Assembly: GCA_050613775.1 (NCBI GenBank)
Contig: JBODTK010000149.1
Location: forward strand, 62,001 to 126,000
Origin: Neocallimastix sp. 'constans'
Taxonomy: Eukaryota
Reading direction: 5' to 3'
Length of the DNA stretch: 64,000 nt
Shown here: piece by piece, positions 13,440 through 27,171 of the stretch
Position numbering within the stretch: the first letter of the stretch is position 1
Layout of the letters: the number at the start of each line of letters is the position of its first letter
The notes under the pieces: model-generated
Seen by the model: only the letters and a program-made list of their open reading frames with translations
The model's database searches: none
Told to the model about the DNA's origin: nothing
Program-made: the position numbers and the translations under genes

Positions 13440-14040
13440 GGTACAAGATATTACGTTTGGTTAAATCTTTATTAATTAAAAAAATTAAATCTCTTATTAT
13501 TATTAACTATTTAATAGTCAATAACTAATACATCGATTTAAATAATGAAATTTACATGTATTTATATTTCTTTCATGATTACATTAGAATATATCATTCC
13601 TATCTAATTTACATATATTATTATTTATTTATAAACAAAAAATTTATTTATAATTTTATTAAATAATAATTAACTAAAACTAAACAATAATTAATTCAAT
13701 AAACTTTCAACTTATTTGCAATAATAATTAAATTCAATAAGAACTCATTTATTATTTATTATTTAAATATTATTAATACAATTCAAAGCCTATTTTTATA
13801 AACTATTTAAACTAATTTTAACTATTTAAAACTATTCCGAAATTAATTTTAAAATAATTTAAACTAACTAAACTAAATTAAATAAATTAACTAAATTAAC
13901 TAAATTAAATAAACTAGACTAAATTAACTAACTTAAAAAAAATATTTTATTCATGTAAAATTAAAAGGTTAATTTAGAATAGAAATAATTAATAGTTTAA
14001 TAATATTAAGTTAATATTATAAAATAGAATAACTTTATAT
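13440..14040 (-). mobile_element. LTR remnant of the 740-1346 family, reverse orientation; ends approximate
   Basis: 13498-13568 is the reverse complement of the TATAAATACATGTAA...ATCGATGTATTAGTTATT block. No TSD resolved. Confidence 0.6.
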
Positions 14041-14334
14041 ACACATATTCACCAGTAAACCAATATTTTCATTATTATTAAATAAATAAATAGTTAAATA
14101 AATATTATAATAATATAAATATAAATAAATAAATGATTAAATAAATAAGTAAATAAATAATGATAGGTAAATAATACTGTGATAGACATATTAATATATT
14201 AATTAAGGTTTATTAATATTAAATACATATCTAGTAATTATTTATATTACATGATATTATGATATAGTATATTATATTTTATTAATATTATATTTTTATA
14301 GAGTGTGTGTCATTTCGCAAAAATTTAATAAATA

Positions 14335-14421
14335 GATAAATAAATAATAAAATAAATAAATAAATAATAAAAAAAAATTATAAAACATAAAATAAAAAAT
14401 AAAAAAAAATAAAAAAAATAT

Positions 14422-14453
<32 letters not shown>

Positions 14454-15420
14454 AAAAAATATAAAATATAAAATATAAAATATAAAATATAAAATATAAA
14501 ATATAAAATATAAAATATAAAATATAAAATATAAAATATAAAATATAAAATATAAAATAAAAAATAAAAAATAAAAAATAAAAAAAAAATAAAAATGTAA
14601 AATATAAAATATAAAATATAAAATATAAAATATAAAATATAAAATATAAAATATAAAATATAAAATATAAAATATAAAATATAAAATATAAAATATGAAA
14701 TATGAAATATAAAATATAAAATATAAAATATAAAAATATATAAAATATAAAATATAGAAATATAAAATATGAAATATGAAATATAAAATATAAAATATTA
14801 AATATAAAATAAAAAATAAAAAATAAAAAATAAAAAAAAAATAAAAATGTAAAATATAAAATATAAAATATAAAATATAAAATATAAAATATAAAATATA
14901 AAATATAAAATATAAAATATAAAATATAAAATATAAAATATAAAATATAAAATATGAAATATGAAATATAAAATATAAAATATAAAATATAAAATATAAA
15001 ATATAAAATATAAAATATAAAATATAAAATATAAAATATAAAATATAAAATATAAAATATAAAAATATATAAAATATAAAATATAGAAATATAAAATATG
15101 AAATATGAAATATAAAATATAAAATATTAAATATAAAATAAAAAATAAAAAATAAAAAATAAAAAAAAAAATAAAAATGTAAAATATAAAATATAAAATA
15201 TAAAATATAAAATATAAAATATAAAATATAAAAATATATAAAATATAAAATATAGAAATATAAAATATGAAATATGAAATATAAAATATAAAATATTAAA
15301 TATAAAATAAAAAATAAAAAATAAAAAATAAAAAAAAAAATAAAAATGTAAAATATAAAATATAAAATATAAAATATAAAATATAAAATATAAAATATTA
15401 AAATATAAAACAAAAAAAAT
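14335..15420. repeat. (AAAATAT)n heptamer array with higher-order duplications, internal to MULE-like copy 1
   Basis: Direct reading; the complementary array lies at 24990-25590. Confidence 0.95.
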
Positions 15421-15962
15421 AGATACCATCTGTCAAGAACTGACGATACTTGTACTGTGATTAAATTAATCCATTATTGGATTAATTAAATTTTTAAAAT
15501 TTAATGAAAAATTAATTAATAGTTTTAACTTAATATTTAATTATATAAGTGAATCAATAGTAATTGTTTAAATAAATTTTAGTTTAATTAATGAATAGTT
15601 GAATAAACAAATTAAAAAATCATTTAGCAAAATTGAAAATAATAATCTACTATATACAATAAACTTTTAAATTTAATTTTAATTTTAATAACTTCTAAAT
15701 TTAGTGAAATTGTCAGTATAAAAAGAAGAAAACGAAAAAAAATTGTTAAGCGATTAGCGTTAACAATTTTTGATAAAAAACTTATAATCATTTTTATTTT
15801 TCCCGATTTATAAAATCGTAGCCATATTTAATTATTTATAACGACTATTTATTTTAATAAAAAATAAATAAAATTAATTTTTTTTAATTCCCTAAATTTC
15901 ATTACTAAAAAATAAGTTTTAAGAAAATTTAAGCAAATATTAATTTTTCTTTAATTTTTGAT

Positions 15963-15974
15963 ATTGTTAACGCT
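15963..15974 (+). promoter_or_regulatory. Self-priming PBS of element A
   Basis: ATTGTTAACGCT is the exact reverse complement of LTR 15756-15767 (AGCGTTAACAAT). No TGG start. Confidence 0.8.
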
Positions 15975-15992
15975 TTTAGAGAAGATTTACCG

Positions 15993-16040
<48 letters not shown>

Positions 16041-16060
16041 AAACAATAAGAGAAATTATC

Positions 16061-19000
16061 ATGTCGAAAACACCAAAAGCTTCAACCAGCAAGGAAACAA
16101 AAAAGGTTGAAGAAACAAAGAAGATAGAAAAGACTGAGACAACTCTTCAGACGACTCAGTTCAACACTTTAAAGAAGATGATAGAGGGCTTAGCTTCTAC
16201 CGTGGAAACCCTCAATAAACATACTACCAAGGTGGATACGCAACTAACCTCTTTGGAAGAGAGGTTCAACACTTTTGGGAAAGCCGTCAAGGACAAATTC
16301 GACGAAGATACATCTAGGATTGACAAAGTCGAAAAGCAGAGCATCGAGAGCATTGAGGATGCTAAAGAAAAAGTGGCTAATTACATTAATAGCCACATCC
16401 GACTAAACCAATCTCCTAAGACTCCCAGGGACGAAGACGGCGACGTAGTCATGAGGGATACTATAATCCCTCAACCGGAACCACCTTTTTACTTCCATGG
16501 AGAAGCCATAGAAGTAAACACTTTTATCGATAGGTGCAGAAGCCACTTCTATCGATACGCCAATAGATACCTTTACGATGAACAAGCAAAGGTATATTAT
16601 GTTACTGACCGACTACGAGGAAGTGCTGCCTTATGGTACCAAGCTACCCAGAAGGAAGGCCAAGAGAAACATCCTGACGTTGCAAAACTATTTGAAGAAA
16701 TGAGGACAGATTTCCAACTAGAAGAAGACAAAGAACTCATGAAATCCAAGCTACTAAAACTAAAACACGAATGGGGAAAGGTATACGACTTCTTGGCAGA
16801 ACTTAATAGACTTACTAGAGCTATTGGTTGTACGGAAGAACAAAGAAAAGGAATATTGAACTACCAAGTTAGGCCTTCCGTACAAAAAGAATTCATGAAA
16901 TTGGAAGCCGATAACCCTACTAAAGTTTCTCTCAAGGACCTAACTCGTTGCTTGATCCGATGCGACATTGACCAGAAGAGGTACTACGATGAGAGGTTAG
17001 AGAAAAGAGATAGCCGCCAAGATAACCGAGCCCTAGTCGCATCTTTATTAGGGATTTACAGTACCGAATATAGAGTCTTCATAAACGAGAGAGAAAGAGA
17101 AGACAACAATAAAAGAGAAAATGGGAAGAAGAAGCACAAGCAATTTTCTTCTTTCAAGGAAAAAGGTAAGGAAGATTCCTTAGGAAAAGGAAAAGCATAT
17201 CAGAACGACAACCCTACGTCTGACCGAGGAAACTTCAGAAGACCAAGCAAAATCTTCTCAAGCAATAATAACCCTCTACCAACTACCATGTTAGTAAGTG
17301 AAGTCCCTAAGCTAACAAGAGAAGTACCAGAAAATTTTGTTGTTCTTAATGGAACTATCAACAACCCTAGGGATCCCACACGGTGTAAAGAAGTCTTAAT
17401 TTGTTTAGATCCTTGTTCTAGTATAAATATTATCCCTCCAAAATTAGTTAAAGAATTAAAGATTAACGTAAAAGAAAAGTTCACTTCAGTCAAGGTAATC
17501 GGAAATGAGCCAACCTTACGAACTATAACCGACAAAGTAAGTATTAACATCCCTCTTGTGGTTAAAGGTTCGCATGACAAAATAGCTAAACCATTCACAT
17601 TCACTACTAGTTTTAATATTACCGAACACTTTGAACACACTATACTCTTAGGACAAAATTTCCTAGAGAAGCATAGAATCTATACTAGTTATGATAACCA
17701 TGGAAAAAGAACCACCAAGATAGTCAATCAGGGAAGAGACCACCTAGACTACTCTACGAAAGATAACACATGTTTGATAACCGTTAATATTAGAAACAGT
17801 ACAAATTTTAAAGAACTGGTAACCACAAAAGGTTTACAAGAACTCTTAGTTAAACCAGCAAAAAATGATTCAGTCGTAACTAGATACACGCAATCCTCCG
17901 GAAATCAGATAGGAGAAATTTCTGCCTGCGTGGATTATTCTGAACCAGAACTACCAGAATCACAAGGGTTACCCTCCGGAAACCCTATAAAAGAACTTTT
18001 GGCCACTGATAAAATCTCTAAGCCAGAAATAGAACGACGACACTACGGAAATACCCTAGGCACCGTTTCAGCTAGAGACAATCTTCCCAGACCACAACGG
18101 GCAAGACAACCCTATAGGAGAAGTTCAAGACATCGCTGTGTTCTTAATATCACTATTACTACTAAAGGACCAATGCCCCAAGAAGATTTAGAATTAACTA
18201 CCGAAGAATTAGTAAAGAAATATTACTCTGCTTGGATTGAGGCATTTAACGAAAAATTGGCAAATACTCTACCTAAGCATAGACCTTACGATTGTGCAAT
18301 AGAATTGAAGGAAGGTGCCACTTTCTTTTATGGTCCAATATATCCTACGTCCAAGGAAGAGGATGAAGAAATTCAGAAATACCTCAAGGACAACTTGGCA
18401 AATGGATTCATAAGAAGATCCATCTCTCCTGCCGCACATCCAGTGCTATTCCAAAGAAAGAAGAATGGGGAGCTCCGCCTATGTATCGACTATAGGAAGT
18501 TAAACCAACAAACCCTACGGAACTCATACCCACTCCCTTTAATCACTGTTGTTTTCGAAGCTATGAGAGGCTCGAAAATTTTTAGCAAACTCGACCTAAA
18601 AAGTGCTTATAACCTCATCAGAATTCGTGAAGGTGACGAATTTAAAACCGCCTTCCGCACAAAATATGGTCACTATGAATACACTGTGATGCCTTTTGGT
18701 CTTACCAACGCCCCCGCTGTTTTTCAAGGATTCATTAATACTGTTCTCCGAGACGTAATCAATAAATACGTTCAGGTTTACTTAGATGATATAATCATCT
18801 ATTCAAAATCTTTCGATGAACATGTTAAACAGGTACAAACCGTCCTGCAACTTCTCATCGATAACCAGTTGGTGGCCAAAATCTCTAAATGCGAATTCCA
18901 CAAACAAGAAGTGGAATTTCTCGGCCATATTTGTAAAGATATTATTAATATCTTTATAAATTTTAATTAAATTTAATCATAAATTTAAGTAAAATTGAAA

Positions 19001-21968
19001 TAAATCTATTAAAAATCACGTGTATAAAATTATTGCAAATAATTTTAAACAAAACTTCGACTTCTTCTCAATCATATTAATAAATTAAAAATTTCTCTTG
19101 TGAAACTAGTAATTGAAAATCATTTCTTTTTATGTAATTTAATTTAAATAATAAGAGTTAAGGTTTTTTACAAGATAAATTAACAACATGAAACTATGCA
19201 ATTAGTCATGTCGAAACTTGCGGCATTTTATGCTAAAATCATATTAAATAATTATGACAACTTTTATATTAATTTTAAATAGAAAATATAATAAGAATTT
19301 ATTAATAATATTTAAATAATAAATAAATAATAAATGAGCTCGATTGAAATTGTTTATATTTATTTTAGTTATTAATTATAATTCTCTTTATTTAGTAATA
19401 GTTAATTATTTATTATTAGTTTAGGTTAGTATTGTTTTTAAATAAATAGTTAGATAATATAATTCAATAGGAATTATATATTATAAATGTAATAAGATAA
19501 AAATATAAATAGTTAACCAAATTTCATGTATTTTAATCGATGTAATTGTTATTAACGATTTATTGTTAATAACACTAATAATTAATAAAGATTAATTTAA
19601 AATCTAAATATAATAAAACTTATTTGTTTATAAAACATTTTTGTGTTATTTAGTGTTATTATAATTTTTGACTTATAATCTATTTTTTAAATCAAAACTT
19701 TATAATATTGTTAGCAGTGAGGGCATCAAGACTGATCCTCACAAGCTCGAAGACATTACTTCTTGGCCCACTCCTACTAACATTAAAGAAGTTCAATCTT
19801 TCATCGGATTTTGCAATTATTACCGCCGTTTTATCAAAGACTTCTCTAAAATTGCCAGACCAATTCATCACCTTACCAAAAAAGATGTTGAATTCGTGTG
19901 GAACGACGACTGCCAGGCTGCTTTCCTCAAGTTAAAAGAACTTTTGGTTTCCGCCCCTGTTCTGGCTTATCCTAACCAAGACAAGCCTTTCATCGTGGAA
20001 TGCGATGCGAGCAACTTTGCCATTGGTGGTGTTCTTTCTCAATATGGCGAAGACGATTTACTACATCCAGTTTATTTCTATTCTAAAAGTCTTTCTAAAG
20101 CTGAAATTAATTATTCTATTACCGAGAAAGAACTTTTAGCTATTAAGACAGCCTTCGTTGAATGGAGACACCTACTTCTAGGCAGCAAATTCCAAACCCA
20201 GGTTTATTCTGATCACCGTAATTTACTTTTTGCCAGTAAACCACAACTACTTACCCAACGCCAGGCTCGTTGGCAGGAATTCTTATCTGCTTTTGACTTT
20301 ACCATTATCTACAGACCTGGTAAGTCGAATGGTAAAGCTGACCAACTTTCCCGTAGAGTTGACCACGAAGTACTAGCCAGCCAGAACTTGGATGAATGCC
20401 CTATCATTTCACCCGAAAAATTTCAAGGTTTCGACAACCCTTTGAACGATGCCTGTTTGATTACATTCCAGGAATCTTTTTTTGTTGACGACATTAAACA
20501 GGGTTATTTGCAAGATGCTCTGGCCCAAGAAATCTTAACCAAACTTGCAGCTAAGGATAAATCTTTCATGGACAACTGGTCCCTCGAGGATGGAATTATC
20601 TTAGAGAGGGAAGGGAAGGTATATGTCCCCCCTAACTTAAGAAAAACCATCATGAAACTTAATCATGATGACGAAACAGCTGGTCATCTAGGTATCAAGA
20701 GAACTTATGAATTAATACGCCGCTGGTATACCTGGCCAAACTTGAAAAAAGACGTAACAGACTATGTACAATCCTGTGAAATTTGTGCCAAAATGAAGGA
20801 TTCTCGACACAAACCTTATGGAAAAATGGTTAGACTACCCATACCAGAACTTCCATGGCAACAGGTACAAATTGACTTCATTACAGCTTTACCTTCTAAA
20901 CCAAAATTAAACGAAAACTCTACGGAACGTTCCCACCGAGGATGCATTATGGTGGTTCGTGACGTCTTAACTAAGATGGTGCACTTGGTTGGATTTAATC
21001 ACGTTCCAACCGCAGCTGAAACTGCCTCTGCATACCTCCAAAATATTTTTAAGTTACATGGATTAACACTAATTATTACTACTGACCGCGGAGTCCAATT
21101 TACCAGCAAGTTCTGGAAGAAAACAATGAAATTCTTAGGAGTAGACCACAGACTTGCTACTACTAACCACTACCATACTATTGGCCAGGTTGAACGAACC
21201 AATGCTTATGTGGAACAATACCTTCGTTGTTATTTAGAAAATTTTGATAATGAGTCTTGGATCAAGTGGTTATACCTAGCTGAATTTTGTTACAATAATT
21301 CGATCCATGCTTCTACTGGCCAAGCTCCATTCCTAGCTTTATACAATTACCAGCTGTACGCTAATCCTCAAACCGCCGACTTAGTACATTCACTTGGTGC
21401 AGCACCCCACATTGATAGTTTTGCCCACAATCTGGCTAACCTAAAACATATACTAGCTATCCAAAAAGAAAACTACTTAAATGCTAAGGATAAGAAACTT
21501 GCTAACCCTCCGGTCCAGTACCAACTTTGTAATCTAGTCTGGTTGAAAAAGCCTGCCAGTTTCAACCCACTCCCATTTTATAAATTACAAACGCGACGTT
21601 ATGGTCCTTTTAAAATCACTGGAGTTTACCCAGAACAAAATAATTTTCGCTTGGACCTTTCTAGCTCACCATTTCCGAATATGTACCCTATATTTCATGT
21701 TAGTGAATTAGAGCCTTACTATAAAAGAAGTCATAACCCCACGGAATTTTCTTCCACGTCCAAGGACCGACCATCAGAAATAATTAGAATTCTTAGCTCA
21801 AGAAAGTATAAGAGAAACTACCAATACTTGGTTCTTAGAAGGAATAATTCCCAAGATTGGGTCGATGCAGATATTATTGATAAGGACAAGTATTACGACC
21901 CGGTATTAGCCGGATATCAAAGGTTCGTTTACGATAAATTTTGTGCCACTGTTAACCATCCGGAGTAA
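16061..21968 (+). pseudogene. Single gag-pol ORF of element A (16061-18931 joined to 19710-21968), disrupted only by the solo LTR
   Basis: Gag, protease (LDPCS...ILLG), RT (YLDD), RNase H, integrase and a chromodomain-like tail (YQYLV..W). The joined frame reads FLGHI-VSSEGIKTDP. Confidence 0.95.
18932..19704 (+). mobile_element. Solo LTR of the element B family inside the RT of element A
   Basis: Close but non-identical paralog of 27712-28482. TSD ATATT at 18927-18931 and 19705-19709. Ends TG...TA. Confidence 0.96.
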
Positions 21969-23207
21969 TGGTTCCTGGAGGAGGCAGTGTCAAGAACTGA
22001 CGATACTTGTACTGTGATTAAATTAATCCATTATTGGATTAATTAAATTTTTAAAATTTAATGAAAAATTAATTAATAGTTTTAACTTAATATTTAATTA
22101 TATAAGTGAATCAATAGTAATTGTTTAAATAAATTTTAGTTTAGTTAATGAATAGTTGAATAAACAAATTAAAAAATCATTTAGCAGAATTGAAAATAAT
22201 AATCTACTATATACAATAAACTTTTAAATTTAATTTTAATTTTAATAACTTCTAAATTTAGTGAAATTGTCAGTATAAAAAGAAGAAAACGAAAAAAAAT
22301 TGTTAAGCGATTAGCGTTAACAATTTTTGATAAAAAACTTATAATCATTTTTATTTTTCCCGATTTATAAAATCGTAGCCATATTTAATTATTTATAACG
22401 ACTATTTATTTTAATAAAAAATAAATAAAATTAATTTTTTTTTAATTCCCTAAATTTCATTACTAAAAAATAAGTTTTAAGAAAATTTAAGCAAATATTA
22501 ATTTTTCTTTAATTTTTGACACCATCTAAAATCATCCTAACTTTGTGCTACTTTTAACTCCCTTTTTTATGATGTCCTCATCTTTTTTTTTTTTTTTTTT
22601 TTTTTTTACTGAATTATTTATAAATATTTCTTTTATTAAAAAAATTTATTAGTAATTTAAGATATTTTAAAATACTGCGCAAGGACTTAAAAGGTGTAAA
22701 ATGATCAATTAATTATTTAAAAATTATTTTTTAATATTTTTTTTAATAATTATATTTTAAATTTAACAATTATATTTTAAATTATTATCCTTTACATCTT
22801 TTAAATTATTAATACTTATTTTTTTTATATATATAAAATTCTTATATACATTTTAAAAAATTATAAAACGTTTAAAACATATGATAAAATATTTTATTTT
22901 TTTAAAGCGTTAATTCTAATGAATATTTATTATTATATAATGTATATTTAATATATATATGTCCATATATATATGTATATTTTTTTTAAAAAATTTAATT
23001 TTAAAATTTATTTATTTATTATAGTTTTATATATTTATTTTTATTTATTTAGTTATTTATTTAAATTATATATATTATTTATTTATTTTATTATTAATTT
23101 ATTTATTTATTAAAAATTTTGCGAAATGAAACTTTTCGAAATGAAACTTTTTATGTAAATTTTCCGAAATGAAACTTTCCGAAATGAAAATTTGCGAAAT
23201 GCTTTAA

Positions 23208-24569
23208 GGGGGAGGAGCATTTCGAAAAATTTCATTTCGGAAAGTTTCATTTCGGAAAATTTACATAAAAAGTTTCATTTCGAAAAGTTTCATTTCGCAA
23301 AATTTTTAATAAATAAATAAATTAATAATAAAATAAATAAATAATATATATAATTTAAATAAATAACTAAATAAATAAAAATAAATATATAAAACTATAA
23401 TAAATAAATAAATTTTAAAAATTTTTTTAAAAAAAAAAAATATATATATATATATATTTTATTATATGTTTTAAACGTTTTATAATTTTTTAAAATATAT
23501 ATAAGAATTTTATATATATAAAAAAAATAAGTATTAATAATTTAAAAGATGTAAAGGATAATAATTTAAAATATAATTGTTAAATTTAAAATATAATTAT
23601 TAAAAAAAATATTAAAAAATAATATTTAAATAATTAATTGATCATTTTACACCTTTTAAGTCCTTGCGCAGTATTTTAAAAATCTTAAATTGCTAAATAA
23701 ATTTTTTTAATAAAAGAAATATTTATAAATAATCCAGTAAAAAAAATAAAATAAAAAAAAAAAGTTATTTATTTGAAAAACACAATATACAAATAATTAT
23801 TAAATAACTAACAATAAAAAGAAAAAAACTAAATGGTTTTTGATAAAACTTTATTATATTGATTATTATTTTAAAAGTTTTATTTTTCAATTAAAAATTG
23901 ATTTAATTTAAATAAAAATATAAAAATATTTTATTTTATTGGGTATTTAATGTTAAATATAAGTATTTTAATAAAATAAAAAATATATTTTTATATTTTT
24001 AATAATATTGATAAAATAAATTAATATTGATATATTTTTAATTAATTTTCAATTATTCAATCTTATTCAATATATTTAATTATATAAATTTTAAATAAAA
24101 TTGAGCTTATTTTTTATTTATAGTAATTTTTTTTTAATATATTGTTACATAAAAATCCTTTTTAAAATTATTTTTTTTTTTTAATATTTAATATCTAAAT
24201 ATTTAAAAGTTTTATTTTTCAATTAATAAATTAAATAATTAAATTTATAATAATAATAAAATTTTATAATTTATATAATTATTAAATTTTATTATTATTA
24301 TAATTGCTATTATTATTTATTGATTCAATAATCTATGAAAAGAAAAATAATTCTACAATTATTAACTATTTTTTTTTTTTTTTTTTTATCTAATAAAAAT
24401 ATAATAAAATAAAAAAAATATTTATTTAATTATTTATAATTTATAAATTTTTTTTTATATATTAAAATAAATTTTTTATTTATTTATTTTATTATTTATT
24501 TATCTATTTATTAAAATTTTGCGAAATGACACTTTTCCAAAATGAAATTTTGCAAAATGACACACACTC
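23208..24569 (+). mobile_element. Non-autonomous Mutator-like element, copy 2
   Basis: GGGGGAGGAGCATTTCG...AAATGACACACACTC ends. 9-bp TSD ATGCTTTAA at 23199-23207 and 24570-24578. Subterminal TTTCATTTCG(C/G)AAA repeats, inverted at the two ends. Confidence 0.88.
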
Positions 24570-24605
24570 ATGCTTTAATAATGAGTGTAATTAAGTAATT
24601 ATTCC

Positions 24606-25307
24606 GGGGGAGGAGCATTTCATCATATGTTTTAAACGTTTTATAATTTTTTAAAATATATATAAGAATTTTATATATATAAAAAAAATAAGTATTAATA
24701 ATTTAAAAGATGTAAAGGATAATAATTTAAAATATAATTGTTAAATTTAAAATATAATTATTAAAAAAAATATTAAAAAATAATTTTTAAATAATTAATT
24801 GATCATTTTACACCTTTTAAGTCCTTGCGCAGTATTTTAAAAAAATCTTAAATTACTAATAAATTTTTTTAATAAAAGAAATATTTATAAATAATTCAGT
24901 AAAAAAAAAAAAAAAAAAAGATGAGGACATCATAAAAAAGGGAGTTAAAAGTAGCACAAAATTAGGATGATTTTAGGTGGTATCTACTTTTTTATTTTAT
25001 ATTTTATATTTTATATTTTATATTTTATATTTTATATTTTTTGTTTTTATTTTATATTTTATATTTTTTTTTTATTTTATATTTTATATTTTATATTTTT
25101 TATTTTATATTTTATATTTTTATTTTATATTTTATATTTTTTTTTATTTTATATTTTATATTTTATATTTTTATTTTATATTTTTTATTTTTATTTTTTA
25201 TTTTTATATTTTTTTTATTTTTTTTTTTTTTTTTATTTTTTATTTTATATTTTATATTTTTATTTTTTATTTTTTATTTTATATATATATATATATATAT
25301 TTTTTTT

Positions 25308-25339
<32 letters not shown>

Positions 25340-25378
25340 ATATTTTTTTTATTTTTTTTTTATTTTTTATTTATTTTA

Positions 25379-25409
<31 letters not shown>

Positions 25410-25660
25410 TATTTTATATTTATATTTTATATTTTTATATTTTTTTTTATATTTTATATTTTATATTTTTATATTTTTTTTTATATTTTATATTTTATAT
25501 TTTATATTTTATATTTTTTATTTTATATTTTATAATTCTTTTTTTTTTATTTTTTTATTATTTATTTATTTATTTATTTTATTATTTATTTATCTATTTA
25601 TTAAAATTTTGCGAAATGAAACTTTTCCGAAATGAAATTTTTGCGAAATGACACACACTC
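24606..25660 (+). mobile_element. Non-autonomous Mutator-like element, copy 3
   Basis: Same termini as copy 2. 9-bp TSD AATTATTCC at 24597-24605 and 25661-25669. Left subterminal region deleted. Confidence 0.88.
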
Positions 25661-27127
25661 AATTATTCCTTGTGATATTGCATTTGATATGCGGGACTTT
25701 TATGTGCAATAATTTATAAGCAGTGGGTTTTAAATAATGGTAGTTTAGTAAATTTTATTAATAAAATTATAATATTCGTACAATTAAATAATAATTCCAA
25801 TTCCTAAAATTTTACAAGTGAGTTTTCTATTTCTAATATAAATAATTTAATTTATAAGAAATAGGTAATATATTAATTATATATTCTAATATAAAGAACT
25901 ATATAAATTTTATATGAAATAAAGTATTATATTTATTATAATTATAATAATACATATTGAAATAAAATAAAATAAAATAATTATTATCAAAAAGATATAA
26001 ATTTAATATTTAATAATTATTATTAAATATACAAATATGTTACTATACATATTTGTTTTATATCAAATAGAAATAAATACTCTAATTAATAATAAATTTA
26101 TGTTAATTAAGAAATGTAGTAAAAGCATAAATTTATGTATTAATCTAGTTTTTATTGTATTTCTTATTAGAAATTAATTTATATATTTTTATTATTTAAT
26201 TTAAACATTAATGAAAGTAAATTAATATTTATACTTTAATATAGGAAAACTTTATTATAGTAATGATTATTATTATTTAATTAAAGTTATTTTATTTAAA
26301 ATATATTTTATTTATATATTTATATATGAAAATATATAAAGGTAATTACAAAGATTTAAAGAGAAAATTTACATGTATTTATACTAATTATGTGGCTTGT
26401 TCTAGACTAAAATTAATTTATACATTAATTTATACATTTGATTTAAATCATTGTTTTATATTATTATTTATATTTTTTAAATTATTCATTTATTAAATTT
26501 TGTTTCTAGATTAGATATAATAGCATTCCCCCCTCAAACTAAATTTTACAAAATAAAATTAAGTTTGGTTAATAAGTATCCATCGTTAATTTTCCGAAAA
26601 TATTTTGTCTGTAAACTTCTTCATTTTGGGGCCATTTACATTTTTGGTTAAAACATCAGCAAGCATTTCTTCAGTGTTTTTGTACATTAACTTGATCTTC
26701 CTATTTATTATATTATCTCTATTGAAGTGATATTTGATAGCTATATGTTTTAATTTGGTATTCACTTCACCTTTCTCGATACTCTTCTTGCTGGCCATGT
26801 TGTCTGTAAATATGGTTACGGAATGATTGTAGTTGAATAATTCTTCTAAGATATTTCTAATCCACAAGACTTTCTTAGTACATTCGGACGTGCTAATGTA
26901 CTCAGCCTCAGCGGTGGACGTTGCCACAACGGATTGTTTCTTACTATGCCACGAAATAGCAGATTTTCCCATGAGGATTAAACAGCCAGAAGTAGATTTT
27001 CTATCCTTGGTGTCACCAGCAAAATCTGCATCACAATATGCATTGATATCACCTAACCCATCATATTTAATTTTAAAATTTTTTGTTGAATTTAAATATT
27101 TAAAAATATTTAAAACTTTTTTCCAAT

Positions 27128-27131
<4 letters not shown>

Positions 27132-27171
<40 letters not shown>

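Larger units (their letters stand above)
15431..22521 (+). mobile_element. Full-length Ty3/gypsy element A (chromovirus, Tf1-like); LTRs 15431-15963 and 21988-22521
   Basis: Near-identical 533/534-bp LTRs (about 4 differences seen). TSD CCATC at 15426-15430 and 22522-22526. PPT GGAGGAGGCAG at 21977-21987. Confidence 0.97.
14301..23203 (-). mobile_element. Non-autonomous Mutator/foldback-like element, copy 1 (14301-15430 plus 22527-23203), interrupted by gypsy A
   Basis: Begins GAGTGTGTGTCATTTCGC. With gypsy A removed it is the reverse complement of copy 3 (empty site TAGATACCACCTAAAATC near 24969-24986). The terminal CCTCCCCC is missing on the right; no TSD seen. Confidence 0.8.

Noticed and set aside
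14325..15429. F/Y/I/L-rich ORFs of 362 and 100 aa
   Set aside because: Translations of the (AAAATAT)n array.
15959..15963. TG...TA terminus in element A
   Set aside because: The 3' LTR ends TGACA, so the 5' LTR TGATA is most likely a post-insertion C-to-T change.
24967..25651. Three overlapping hydrophobic ORFs
   Set aside because: All three frames are open because of T-rich repeats inside MULE-like copy 3.
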